The notes beneath the pieces are model-generated. The model was not told where the DNA came from and made no database searches. It saw only the letters and a list, made by a program, of their open reading frames with translations. From Paraspadella gotoi (Eukaryota > Animalia > Chaetognatha): a stretch of DNA of 64,000 nucleotides. Every line of letters begins with the position of its first letter. Position 1 is the stretch's first letter. A program made the position numbers and the translations under genes. The stretch is from the NCBI GenBank assembly GCA_051294375.1, contig CM119270.1:15870081-15934080 (forward strand). Direction: 5' to 3'. Positions 26,874 to 40,228 of this stretch are shown in pieces.

Positions 26874-27112
26874 CTGTCAATCAATCAATCAATCAATCAA
26901 TATCAGTCCTTTATCAATCTATAATTCTTTTGTTAATATAAGAGAAGTAGCTTGTTTAATTCGATAGCCTAGATATAAGAGAAAGAGAGAGGAGAAGGAG
27001 AGAGAGAGAGAGAGAGAGGAGAGAAGAAGAGAGAGAGAGAGAGAGAGAGGAGAAAGAAGGAAAGAGGAGAGAGAAGAAAAGAAGAAGAAAGAAAAAGAAA
27101 GAAAGAAAGAAA

Positions 27113-27144
<32 letters not shown>

Positions 27145-27168
27145 ATACAGACAGACGGACGGACGGAC

Positions 27169-27332
27169 CTTAAATCTCGCGTTCGTCTCCTCGAGCCTCA
27201 AAATCTTTTCCTTCGTCTGCTCGAAAAAGTTGATAAATTCTGGATAAACTTTGAGGAAGTCGTCAGTCTGTCGGAGGAGGATGTGGCCGATGCTCGAGTC
27301 CTCCGTCCAGAACGCCATCGTATTCTCCAGCT
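27169..27332 (-). CDS. ECT2: ECT2-like RhoGEF, DH domain exon 2
   Basis: ELENTMAFWTEDSSIGHILLRQTDDFLKVYPEFINFFEQTKEKILRLEETNARFK resembles recalled NWDESKSIGDIFLKYSKDLVKTYPPFVNFFEMSKETIIKCEKQKPRFH; AG/GT boundaries are in phase. Confidence 0.92.
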
Positions 27333-29686
27333 CTGGGGAGGCAAGGGGTGTGGGGGGGGGGATTTGGACGGAAAGGGTCTGGTTAAGAAAACCTCGGCTC
27401 TTTTAGATTCTTGCGCGCCGAAATTTGATTCGTTGAATTTTATACGAACGAGACTTGTTGTAATCTTTCGTTTGTGACTCTTAGTTAGTTTGTACAATAT
27501 TTAATCGCAGGTAATATTGATCATATATACGCCATCTTGTTTAAACTCACTATCGCTCCAGATAAATTGGCAATGATTAGAGTGTCTCAGTTGAAGGAGC
27601 CCATGTAATAAAAGACCCATACGTTTGACGTTATTGTGTTTCATAAATCATCTTCGGGGGAAAAAAGTAAAAAATAAAAAAGAGAAACCAAAAAAAAAAG
27701 AGCATCGATCAAATTTAAACATTAATGATAATCGTTTCCCGCGAGGGAAATCAGGCGACGACTTTCGACCGGAAAACAACGACGAACAATTTCGTCTTCG
27801 TAGTCGTCGTTTTCGTCGTCGTCATCGTTGTTGTTGTTTTCGTTGTTGTTGTTGTTGTTCCCTCCATCAGTCGTCATGAAAGAAAGATGAAAGAAGAAGA
27901 TAGGGAACGAATGAGCGATTAGAGTACATTGATAAGCAAAATAAAAACTAGTATTGTGTGAAATAAACGAAATAGATAAGATAGTTTAATCTTTGACTCT
28001 TGCTTATATCAATTTTAAATTTATTTAATTCGGTATTTTATACATAATTCGCGATAAAGCTTAAAAAAAAAATTGAATAAAGAAATTGCTCAAGGGAATT
28101 AACTTTCATCCCAAGATATAGAACTCGACTGCAAATTTAAAACATATCGGATTTTTTAAACATTTTTTTCTTTCGTCGGAAAAAAGGGAAAAAAAGGGAA
28201 AAAAGGAGCCGAGCGAGAAGATTATATCCTTATTCAGTGAGAAATGATATTCGCTTTTTTTTTATGTCTCTCATAATAAAAACAATTCTTTTCACCGAGT
28301 TAATGCGAAACGACAGCAGTTTCTTTGCTCAACGCTGGGCGTCAGCAGCTGCAACAGAAGCCGCAGCGTGTTTGGCAGTTGCAGCAACTGCAAAGAGGAA
28401 GACGACAATCAATCAGCTTCCAAGATGAGCAAAAACTTATATTACCATATTTATAAAAGAAATGTTTCGAATATTCACTATACAGACATGAGTAATCAAA
28501 TCCTGCTTTTCTAAAAACAAATCGGATTATTGTATTTTCCGGGAACAGGGTCAAGAAAACAAAAGTCTTGTACAATCGGATCATCGACACGGGTTCGTTT
28601 CCCGATGGAATGAAGCCTCTCTTCTCATTGGTTCGTTTCGATGACGATTCATCCAATCAGAGAGTCCCCGGTAGATTTCATCCGAGTCTCGGATCCGATT
28701 CCATTCTTGGTTCCGATTCCATCTGTGTTCTAGGCGTCAGTCTTAGGTGCCAACGCGCCAATCTACAAAGGTGCCAACGCCCCCGGTTTTAGGCGCCAAC
28801 GCAGTCAGTCTTAGGTGCCAACGCCCGAAGTTTAAAGCGTCAACAACGACAACAAAGTTCTGGACTTCCGCGAAAATGGATCACGACGTCGGATTTCTTT
28901 CTCCCCGGTGTCCGATTGCGAACGACTCAAAAAAAAAAAAGAATTGAGAAAATTCATTTCATATCATAAGAACTCACTTACTGCGGAACTTTAAACAATA
29001 TTTTGGCAATCGTGCTTCTTTACCTTTGTTTGTATGCATATTGTTTTGTTTACTTCACTTTTTTACTCATTCTCGAGCTCAAAATCTCGAATTTCTTTCG
29101 TCTCGGACCGAATTTCGTTTTTCCCACTCGAAAGTTAGTTTGGTCATTCCATTCTTCCCCCAACCCACCCCACCCCACCCAATCTACTCAACCCCTACCC
29201 CCTCCCTACTCCCACCTCCACCTCGGTCCCTTACTCCAACAAATGCTTTTTTTTTCCTACTTTATATTCGAACGAAAAAAAAAAAGCATTTAATTTTGAA
29301 AATAATTCCCAGGGTTTTTATTTAAATTCGCCGATTAGTAACCAGTTTTTCTGGTAACCGGAGTGAAATTTGTAGGCAAATACTTGGTAATTGTATTACT
29401 TTTGGCTCCCGAAGTAACTTGATATTCAGTAACCAATTTAAATGGGAATCGAACCTTCGTAAATGTTCTCACCCAACCATGACCCCGTCAACGTTTCGAT
29501 ACTATCATATCATTTCATATCAACTCATATTATAGAACACATCATATCATATCATTCGTCTGTCGACACCCTCGTTTCCTAAACTGACCCCGAGAACCCC
29601 TCACCCCTCCTCCACCCCGTTAGCCGTCCTCTCCCTCTCTCATCAGAAACTCTCTCCACCGTCCCTTACCCTTCGAAAAGACTCAC

Positions 29687-29911
29687 CCTTCAGCATCTTC
29701 CCGTGAGCCTCGTGAATCTTGACCACGTGACCGAAGACGAGTTTCACGTCCGTCGCCTCCAGAATCCTTCCTTCTCCCTCTCCCTCTCTCTCTTCTTCCA
29801 ACTCCGTCTTCAACGTCATCAAGAGTTCCAACGAGTCCACGTAGTTTCTCTCCGTCTCTAGGAGTTCCCGCGCCACCATCTGGCGTTTGGAGAGCGGGGT
29901 GGCTGGGGTGG
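29687..29911 (-). CDS. ECT2: ECT2/Pebble-like RhoGEF, DH domain exon 1
   Basis: TPLSKRQMVARELLETERNYVDSLELL...ILEATDVKLVFGHVVKIHEAHGKMLK resembles recalled ECT2 SARWQVAKELYQTESNYV...ILAPEEIKTIFGSIPDIFDVHTKIK. Donor gtgagt; an alternative in-phase acceptor would start the exon at 29902. Confidence 0.9.
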
Positions 29912-30468
29912 CTGGAGAAGTGGGAAGTGGTGGGTGAGGGTGGGGTGAAAGGTTGGGCGGAGCGGGGATGGGAGGGGGTTTTCCGGGAAGGGGGTAGAAG
30001 GTGAGGGGTAAAAAGGGTTAAGTCATTCCGATGAATTCGTGGCACAAAAAAAAATTCTGAAATAAACTGGAAATGGTGGAATTAAGTTACAGGGTCTGTC
30101 TTTTGGACTGGAACAACCATTACATTATCTGAAGGCTTATGAAAGAAAGATTCAAAAAAGATAAATTAAAGTCTTATGAACTTATATGAACAAATTTATT
30201 GTTACTTTAATTTCAAAACGTTTTTAATTATTTAAAAGATAAAGACTGATACTTAAGTCATAATATAATTATATTTTTTGACGATTGATAAATAAGATGT
30301 TTTTTGTTTTTTTGTTTTTTTTTACTTATTTTTCGTCCAAAAGATTTCAACAACCCGATAAAATGATTCCAGACTCAAGACCCTTTATGGAATAAGAAAG
30401 TGAGATCCAGAGAGAGAGTAGAGAGAGACAGACGAGAAGGAGAGAAGAGGAGAGAGAGAGAGAGAGAC

Positions 30469-30509
<41 letters not shown>

Positions 30510-30519
30510 TTTTATTCAC

Positions 30520-30581
30520 TTTTGTCGCCGACTTTTTCCTGTTTTCCATCGATCGAGGTTTCGTCGTCGCCAGCCTCTCTC
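30520..30581 (-). CDS. ECT2: ECT2-like RhoGEF, small linker exon before the DH domain
   Basis: ttttccgcag| acceptor, |gtgaat donor; 62 nt, phase 2 in and phase 1 out; REAGDDETSIDGKQEKVGDK. Confidence 0.65.
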
Positions 30582-31400
30582 CTGCGGAAAAGGAGAGGAT
30601 GAAAGGAGAAAAAGGAGGAAGGAAAGGGGAGAAAAGAAGGTAGGAAAAGGGAGAAAATAGAAAGAAAAAGTGGGGAAATAGTGGGGGAAAAGAGGAAGAA
30701 AAAGATAATAAAAGGGTGAGAATAGGAAGGAAAAGAGAGGAGGGGAAGAAAGGAGAAAGGAAGGAGGAAATGAGGAAAAAAGAGAAGAAAAAGGATGAGG
30801 GAAAAAAGAGGAAGAGAAGAAAGGGAAAGATAAGAAAAGGAAAAAAAAACATTGAAGAAGCAAACGGGATATAAAAATTATTTAGAAGTAAGTCAGAAAA
30901 GGTAGTGTGAATTGAGCAAGGTTGCAAAAAGAAGAAAAAAAGAGAAAAAAAGGAAAGAAACAGAAAAAAAAAGAAAAAGGTTAAAGAGATAATAAAGTAG
31001 GTCAGAAAAGGTAATGAGAGAAGGTAAGGAGAAAAAAGGGTAAGGAATGGCCGTTTGGGGCGGAGGAGGGAGGAAAGCAGGATATAAGGAAAAGACGGTT
31101 ATTGTTCCACATTTTTTGCAATCTTTTCTCCTTTTTTTTTATATTCCCTTTTTTTTTATTTCGCTTCTGATAAGAAAATCTCATCCGCCAAAGACCATCA
31201 GCCAAACACCATCCGCCAAACTCGTTTCACCAACAGCAATACAATTTCCACTTGCCTCCGTCACCTCCATCTCTTTCTTTCTTTTTTTTTCTTTTTTTTT
31301 CGTCAACTTTTCTGCTTCTTTTTTCATTCATCTTTACTTCTTTTCTTTCTCCTCAATGTTTCCATTCTCCTTCCACACCGGAAAATATGGATGCGTCTCC

Positions 31401-31537
<137 letters not shown>

Positions 31538-32593
31538 CCTCCCAAAAAATTAGAATGAGAAAGAGAGTTTTAGAAAAGCGCCGTAACTCTAGTTAATTTG
31601 TCGCTTTGTCTTTCTCACTAAAAATACTACGCGTAAAAAAAACCCTCTGGCTTTGTATGTCCGTCTATCTGTCTATCTGCCTTCACATTTCCCCTCACTC
31701 GACCCAACCGATTTCTCCCCCTTTCTATCAATCCTCCCGATTTCGCCGAAAACGCTTTTTCCCCTTTTTCTTGATTTCTTCGTATCTACTTTCCTTTTCT
31801 CGGCCTTTTTCCTTCTTACTTACTTATGCCACACTTGTTCTATTTTTATTTTTATTCTCTTCTCTTCTCTTTTCTTTTTCGCGGTTCTTTTTATTTCGTC
31901 TTCTTCCTCTACCCTTTCCCCTTACGTTTCGGAGGCTCTGTCCCCCCCAAAAAATACTATCGTCAAGGCGTCTCAAGGTTAAATTTACTGCTGATTTTTA
32001 TGTAAGTTCCTCGACTGTCTTTCTCTCTCATCAACTTTTCTTTTTTTTCTTTTTTTCTTTCCTCTCCTCTCCTTCTTCCTCCCTCCTCTCTTTCCCCCCC
32101 CCAAGTTCTCATATTGCTAGCCGCCGCTTGCCGCTGCTTGCCTCTGTTGAGATCAACCGCAAAGAAAAACCTAAATATATTTCTGACTTCAGTGATTTTT
32201 TTTTTCCTTAATCGAGTTTCATTCGTGAATGAAAAGTTCAAAGGAGCGAAGGAACTGTGAGAACGGACGAGTTTAGGGTTCAAAGATGAGATACGCCTTC
32301 GAACCGTGAAGCGTGATAGGTTCAGCAAAGGTGAAAATGTCCTTTAAAGTTGCTTCCAGGTTGAAAAGTCACCGGAAGACGTTTAAACCTTCACAGATTG
32401 AGCCTTTCTCGGGGATTTTGCGGGGGCGGCGGAGACTAAATTGTTCTCACTGCTGTATTTTTACACTTTGACTTACTTTTACGTGTACTTATCCTTTCAA
32501 TCTCCTACCCCCCTCCCACATCTTCCACCTCTCCCCCTCCCTTCTCCCACCCTCTTCCACTTCCTCCCCTCGCCTCTCTCCTCCCCCTCTAAC

Positions 32594-32724
32594 CTGTAAA
32601 AGTAATAGAAATAACCTCCCCCTGCGAGAAGAGAGAGAACGACTGAGCGCCAAAAGTTGTCGAGGAAGTAAGAGAGGAAGATGACGCCGACGACGACGAC
32701 GAAGGCCACGCCTCCCGTCTCCAT
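32594..32724 (-). CDS. Candidate 5' coding exon with two hydrophobic segments, phase-compatible with the ECT2-like gene
   Basis: gtcgccATGG start context; METGGVAFVVVVGVIFLSYFLDNFWRSVVLSLLAGGGYFYYFY, then AG|gttaga donor (phase 2). Confidence 0.6.
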
Positions 32725-33621
32725 GGCGACCGGGGGTTGGGAAGAGCAGAGGCGGAAGGGGTGGCGTAGATGGGGGGGGGGTAGGGGGGGCGTGTTGTTT
32801 GGGGTTTGCGAGGCCCGAAGATTATCGAATTCGATTTCCCGCCTCAATTTCCGGCGTCGATAATTTTCGTCAATAATTTTCTCGGTCGATTTCCGGCGTC
32901 AATAATCGGCGTTGATTTCCGGCATGGATTCTCAGCCTGATCGCGGGCGTGTGTCAATTTTGGTCAAAATTTTTTTACAGTTTTCGTCAATTTCTAGCAT
33001 AAAATTCGAGCCCAGTTTAAAGGAGCCTATTTCCGGCGTTTATATCCCGTACGAAATTTCATCCCCAAAATAACGGAGTCGATTTCCCAGAAATCGGGCG
33101 AAATAGATTTTTGGACCGCGGATTTAGGATTTAGGATTCGTCACCGGAGAAGAAAAAGAAGACAATTTTGTCCCACGTTTTTTCTTTTTCAGATTTCACG
33201 AATGAGAAAAGATTTATTTTACTCGTTATTTTCCTACTTTTTGTTTATTTCGGTTGTTTTTTTCCTTCTGTTTTGTTTTAAAATTAAATCTGTGATAGTA
33301 AAATTAAGCGAGAAATTATTTAATCGTCCACCACCAAAATAAGGGCCGTCGTGTGTGGATAGTTGAAAAAAATACAGAGCACAAAAACAGAAAGTTGTTC
33401 ATCGTAACGAAAGTGTTAATTGACATTTAATCTTCTTTTTTTTTTCACCGAATATAAGAGATATAGAAATGAGGACAGATTTTTTAAAATTTTTTTATGA
33501 AGACTTAATGTTTTTGTCTATATCTTTACTTTTTGGTTGATCTTCTTTTAATTCTTTTTCATATATTTACAAAATTTCTTATTTTTAACACTGGTTTTTC
33601 AACTCGTTTTATTACTATCCG

Positions 33622-33684
<63 letters not shown>

Positions 33685-34140
33685 CTTTGAGTCGTCGTTA
33701 TCAGGTTTTTTCTGTCGGCTTTCTGATCCTCTTAAGTCTTAAGTCTCAGTTTATTCTTTTGAGTTGAATCTCAATTCTCAAACAACAACAGTGAGAGGAA
33801 AAAATAGATGAGTTGGACAAAGGAGACGAGGGAGTTGGACAAAGAAAAGAAGATAGTAGGACAGACTAAAATAAAGTTGGTCAAAGGCAAGGAGATAGTC
33901 TGACAAAGGAAAGGAGAGATTTGGACAATCACAATGGTAAAGTAGAATAAACTAACAAAATATAAGAAAAGTTGGACAAAGTTAAGGTCAGAATTGGACA
34001 AAGTCAAGAAAAATGTGAGAACAAAAAGAAGACAGCAGGACAAAGACGATGAGAGAGTTGGACAAAGGAAAAGAGTTCGGTGAAAAAAAATATGTTGGAC
34101 AATAATTGCGAAAGGTGTTTTTGAGGAAGATCATTTAGGC

Positions 34141-34195
<55 letters not shown>

Positions 34196-34934
34196 TATTT
34201 TTTTCTTCCCCGTTTTCAGTGAGAAAGGCTCACGTGACCAGCCGCTGCGGCGGTAGGCGGCGACGTTGCGGCGGCGGCCACTGAAAAAAAAAACCTCAGT
34301 CACGAAAGAATAAGAGGCTTTTTTTGGAAAGTAGAAAGAAACGAGAGAAGATGAAAAAGGAAATAAGTAAAGAGAGGTAGAGACAGGTTGAAAGAGATAG
34401 GGAGAAAGTTAAAGGAAAGGAGTGAAGAGTAGAAATTTAAAGAAAGGTGATAGGAAAGGTAAAAACATAGAGGCAGGTTGGAAGAAATAGGGAGAAAGTT
34501 AAAGAAAAAGAAGAGTAGAAATTTAAAGAAAGGTTATAGGAAAGGTTAAATCATAAAGAGAGAGAGGTTGTCAGAACTCAGAAAGGAAAAATAATGAGTC
34601 TCCAGTAAACACGGAAAGACTCGGAGGTATAGAGAGCAACAAGTGATTTGAAGGGAATATTTAAACTAATAAATTATAAAAATAAAGTATTAGTAAAAAA
34701 GTTAGTAAGTTAGTAAATAAAAAGTAAAGAAAAGACCCCCAAAAAAAGTTACGAAGCCGAATGAGACTCGGAGAGAGAAAACGGGAGGGGGGAAAAAGTT
34801 CTAAGAAAAAAGTTACTTTGGCAACGAAAAGAGTCCGTAAATCACGAGGGGAAATTCAATACAGAAAAAAGACAAAAAAAAGAAAATCGGAAAATGAGAA
34901 AGAGGAGGAGTTTAAATCTTGAAGCCAGAAAAAA

Positions 34935-35425
34935 CCAGAAAATTGAAGTTGTCAGAAGAATCTGCTAGACAAAAGAAAGATAAAACGACGTAAAAAACTG
35001 GGAAATTGAAGTTGTCAGAAGAATTTACTAGACAAAAGAAGATAAAACGACGTAAAAAACTGGGAAATTGAAGTGTCAGAAGAATTTACTAGACAAAGAA
35101 GATAAAAACGACGTAAAAAAACTGGAAAATTGAAGTTGTCAAAGAATTACTAGACAAGAAAAAACAACAAAAAAATTGGAATTAAGTGTCATTTACTAAA
35201 AAAGACGACGTAAAAAACTGGAAAATTGAAGTTGTCAGAAGAATTCTAACAAGAAGAAAACGTAAACGAAAGGTTCAAGTATGAAAAAAGATAAAACGAC
35301 GTAAAAAAACTTGGGATTGAAGTTTGTCAGAAGAATTCTAGACAAGAATAAGACGAAAATGGAATGATTCAGAAATCAGACAAGAGATAAAAATAACTGG
35401 GAAATTGAAGTTGTCAGAAGAATTG
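34935..35425. repeat. Tandem repeat of about 62 bp; copy at about 46995-47480
   Basis: gaaattgaagttgtcagaagaatttactagacaaaagaagataaaacgacgtaaaaaactgg. Confidence 0.9.
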
Positions 35426-37450
35426 AAGAGTACGAAGTAATGATTGAAGTGCAGATTTATAGAAACAATAACGAGTAAAAACGAAGTTGCAGAGATTCGA
35501 AAAAAGATAAAAGATAAAAACTGGGAAATTGTCATTCGAGAAATCGTTTTTAATCGTGAAGCTAAGGTTCGCTAGTAATAACAAAGATTTCGTTTTTCAA
35601 AATTGTTTTGTTTGTCACCTATATTTCTTTTTTTTTTTAAGTAAAAGGAGACTGTTTTTTAGAAGACTTTTACTTCAAACTTTGAAAAGACCGCGATAAC
35701 AACGGCGACAACGTCACCAGGATTCAAGATTTAACTTTTCAAGCTAAAAAAAAATAAAAATAAAAAATAATAATAAAAAACTAAAAAAAATTAAAATCCA
35801 AAACGAGGAAGGAAATTCTTTTAAAAAAAAACGTGTGGCTGCAAGTGAAGACGAAGAAATAAAAGGAAATTGACTTAAAGTAAATTAATAATAAAAAAAA
35901 AAAACTTTCCAACTTAATTTTATTTGTTATTTTTGTCCGAGGCGAATGATCAAAGTTAATTCGAGTTGATCCTCCCAATTTGCGCGGATTCAAATGTCAA
36001 TAAAGCGACGAGTGTCTTTTGTTATTTTCTCTCAGCTGCCTTTGTTTGTTGTTGTTCTTCTTTTTCAATTGCGAGTCACGAAAATTCAGGGAGTTACTGA
36101 GAGATGGCGCTCTCTTGGATCTGGAGTTCGAATCCTCCCTACATGTTAAACGTTTATTTTTTTTTTCTTATCTACTCAGTCAATGATTTATTTATTAATT
36201 ATTTATTGTTGATTTGTATCTTTGAAAGGGTTTACGAAAAAAAGAGAAAGTTAAATTAAAAAGTAAAACTGAAAAAAGAAAAAAAAAACGAATAATTTTT
36301 CGCGGTTTTCGTCTTTCTCCTCTAAAAAGTGTAAAACAAAGGCGGAAAAATTCGACTGAATGTGAATTTCGCCCCAAAACAGGTCGGTTCGTCGTCGTCC
36401 GTCGTCGTGCGTCGTCGTCCGTCGATGTCGATGCAGTCAAGAACCCGGTGATCCGGAGGGAACAGTTTGCGTTGAGTGCAATCAACAAAAAAATTCGTTC
36501 GAACAGCCTGATGCCGATGACAGTTACGCTCCTTTGACAGATTTCTCGCCTTCAACTCGTTTTATGAGTTTATTCTTCCGATTTTTCGCGGTTTTTTTTG
36601 GGGGGACATAAAATGCGGCAAAAAGTGACAGTTAGGAGTTTGTAAGTTTGTGTTAGTCAAGTTAATTAACTTGGTTTTTTTGATTCTCAAAACAAAAAGC
36701 CAGTGGGCATAAATTTCAAAATAAACATTAAAGAAAGCCTTTCAAAAATCATTTTTTTTTGTAGCCAAAACGCGAGAAATTTAACGATCCAATCTGCCTC
36801 GGCTTTTTGTGCCTTGGAGTCGAGACTTTCAAGCGTCGAGGACACGAAGTTCTCGAAGACTTTTTTTCGACTGTTGATCTTTCGTCGTTGTCATCCTAAT
36901 CGTCGTTGTCATCGATTAATCGTCGTTGTCATCCTATCGCCGTCGTTATACTCGTATTCTTCGTCGTCTTTCGTCGCCTTGCGTTCGTATTTTTTTTTTT
37001 TTTTATTTTTTTTTTGTTAAAATGCTGAAGCTGAATCGAGATTTTGATCGGAATTCAGTTCCATTCCAGTCACGTCGTTCGTCTATCGTCGTCGTTGTCC
37101 GTTGTCGTTTGTTCACTTTGCAGACGTCATCGCTGTCTGCCCGCCTTTGTCATATATCTATCGCGAGGACTTTATCATCTTTTTTGTGAATACCTAGTGC
37201 GACACCAGCGGTCCGGCGCTACAAAATTGATTTGTCCTAGTCGAATTCAGTTTATGTCTTCATCTCAGCTAAGTTTATTATAGTATTGGCATTAAGTCTG
37301 AATTGCATGCATGTCTTCGAAAACTACATCTTTGTCATCTTTCGTCCGTCGTGTCGTGTCGTATCATCGTCTTCTTCTTTGTCATGCGCGTCGCCTTCAT
37401 ACTAATTCCTTTTGCCACTTTCTCATTGAATTTTTCTTATCCTTTTTTTT

Positions 37451-40228
37451 AGTCGGATCTGCTTATCAGAAGATCCCGACTCTATAACTACTTTTATAAA
37501 TCACTTTTCGGTCGCGACGGCTCGTCCGCCCCCTCAATATTGTCGGGCAGCACTCTTTATTCTATGTCAGAACATCGAAATTATGATAAATATGCAAAAA
37601 AATGATGTCCGTCCGCCGTCTGTCTGGTCCGTTGGCCGTCCGTCCGTCCGTCCCACCTTAAGGCAAAAAACACCAATAACTCGTGATTGATGGATGGATT
37701 TAAAATGAAATTTTTGTGTGTGGATAGGTAAGTGTGTGATTGAGCTGGAATATTAAGTTTTCGATGGAATCGTTCCGAGTGGAAAAGAGTTTAAATGGAA
37801 CAAAAAAATATATTGCACTATTTGAACACGCAATTGCTGCATGAGTGGATGGGCTGATTGACTGGAAAATTTTGTATGTGGTAGGAAAGTGGTGTGATTG
37901 AAAGGAAATCAAGTTTCGATGGAATAGTTTGAGTGGAAATGAGTTTAAAATTGGAAAAAAATAACAAAAAAACCTGTTTACTAATTGATTATGCTTCTTT
38001 TTCTTTTTATATTAAATTGTATCTGCAGGATGTATTATAAATCAAATAATTAATCAGTTAATTACTCAATTATAATAAATATCAATAATTAAATTAATTA
38101 GTCAATCAAATCGTCCCATCCGTCCATCTTAGCAAAAAGCTTCCAATAACTCGTTGGATTGGCTGGTTGATTGGAATTAAATTTTTTGTGTGGTGGGTAA
38201 GGAAAGTGTGTGATAAAGCTGGATATAAAATTCGATGGAATCGTGTGAGTGGAAATTAGTTTAAATGGAAAAAACATAAGTCGAATTTACCTAAAATCTT
38301 TTTTACTTATTTTAACCCAATAAATAACTCTATTAATCATATTTGGATGGTATAGAATTGAGTTGAAATTTTGTGTGGTGGGTAGGAAAACGTATGACGA
38401 AGCTTGATATAAGTTTCAGTGGAAACCGTACCAGTGGAAATGAGTTTAAATGAAAAAAATATGAGTCACTATTTTACTTGAATCTTTTTATTTATTTTAA
38501 ACGACCATGATAGATTGAGATGAAATTTGTGAGCCGGTAGGAAAGTGAGTGAAGAAGCTAGAGATATAAAGTTTTGGACGGATGCAAGTTGAAAAAATTA
38601 TGCAAGTTGAAAAAATGATGCAAGATTAAAAAAAATCTTAAAAGGCATAAGGATCGTCGCTTATTGCATAAAAAGAGAGAGAGAGAGAGAAGAGAAGAGT
38701 GAGAGAGAGAGAGAGAGTGAGAGAGAAAGAGAGATGAGTGAGAGAGAGAGAGAGAGAGAAGAGACATAAAATAAAAAATCTTAAAAGACATCAAGATCGA
38801 GCCAGAGCCCACTATCATAGGAAAATTAATGAAAACGCGCAAAAAATAAAAACGATATGAAATCATGCGATAAACGAATTGTTGATAGTACTAGTAATTG
38901 ATTGAGTCAATAACTAAATTGATTGATGTAATAGTAATTTATTGATGTTAAATAGGAATTGATTATTGATTTCGATGATAAATCAATTATTGATACGATG
39001 ATAGTCATATCACTGCTGTGATGATAGTCATTCAGTGATGCGATTGATTGTCATTCATTGATGCGATGAATTGTCATTCCATTGATGCGATGATAGTCAG
39101 ATAAAACAAACAAATCGTGTATGAGTGAAAGAGAGAGAGGAGAGAGAGAGAGAGAGAGAGAAAGAAAGAGATTTAGAGAAAGAGAGAGAGAGAAAGAAAG
39201 AGAATAAATCCACGAAAATCTGCGATGAAAATATGGGATTTTGTATTGAATAAAAAGCGCGGAATTAATGGCAAAAATAAAAAGTTTTTAGAAAGGAAAG
39301 AAAATAATGCAGAAATTTTTCAAAAACAAAAACGATCAACGGCAAAAAGATCGGACAGATAGGGAACAGACAGCACACAGTAAGAGACAGAGGAGAGAGA
39401 GAAAAAGAGAGAGGAGAGAGACAGCCGCTGCAGAGAAAAAAGAAGAAGGAAAGAGCGATATATAATAATTAAAAGAGAGAGAGAGAGAGAAGCTCTACAG
39501 CCCTTTACTCGTTAAAGAATCAGCAGTTATCTTATGGCGCCGCAACGTAGCGTTGAGCTATTATCTACCCAAAGGACCGGGTTTCGCGCCTGTTCGCGCA
39601 TGCGTTTTTTACCATTAGTGAACACCAAGCATTATATCTAAAAAAATTTTTGTAAAAAAAAAAAAGAGAGAGAGAGAGAGAGGAGAGGAAAGAAGCTGGA
39701 CAGACGCTGCCATCGAGCCGGAACTCGTTTTAAGAAGAAGCAGTTGACGGAGAAAAAGAGAGAGAGAGAGAAGAGACATATAATTAAACGTTTTTGTTTT
39801 GTAAATAAAACATAAACAAAACCAATATTGATATGAAGACTGAAGAATTTTAAAGATCTTGATGATTTAGGAAAGCCAATAATATGAAAAATTCATCCCT
39901 ATGGATATCACACTTTCAGAAGACATGATTGCAAAAAAGCGAGACGCGAAAGCTAAACCGAAAAAAAATGCTAGACCAGGACGGCTTTGCCGCCTGGCTC
40001 GATAATAGAGATATTTGTTTGTTTTGATAAATGTAACAAAACATTTAATAACTGTCCTGACCAATTGTTAAGGACATCGATGGATGACAAGCTGAATATA
40101 GAATTATAATTATTAATAATTAAATAATTAATTAATCTATTAATTAATTAATTAATCTATTATTAATTAATCAATTAATTAATTATTATCGTAAGGCAGA
40201 TCCGACATTGTTTGCGCTCAAACTTGTT
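37451..40228 (+). mobile_element. HINE/DINE-1-like (Helentron-associated) element, about 2.8 kb, inserted in a T-run
   Basis: 5' hairpin agtcggatct...agatcccgact, (GTCC)n microsatellite, internal 160-190 bp tandem repeats, 3' subterminal inverted repeat gcagatccgac plus a gtttg..caaac stem-loop. Absent from the paralogous sequence at about 49680. Confidence 0.75.

Noticed and set aside
32383-32452. Alternative second exon making the hydrophobic exon a standalone ~66-aa protein
   Set aside because: The acceptor (aaaaatacag) lacks a pyrimidine tract, unlike ttttccgcag at 30582; kept only as the alternative hypothesis.
34225-34285. GC-rich patch with a TCACGTGA E-box upstream of the ECT2-like gene
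   Set aside because: Promoter function cannot be supported from a single short motif.
36195-37290. ORFs around 36.2-37.3 kb, and the (GTC)n-rich ORFs at 40.2-41.2 kb and 48.4-51.9 kb
   Set aside because: No recognisable domain, inconsistent frames between copies, and low complexity.
39535-39605. tRNA-like B-box (gggtttcgcgcc; ggagttcgcgccc in the inverted copy)
   Set aside because: No cloverleaf; at most a decayed SINE head inside the HINE element.
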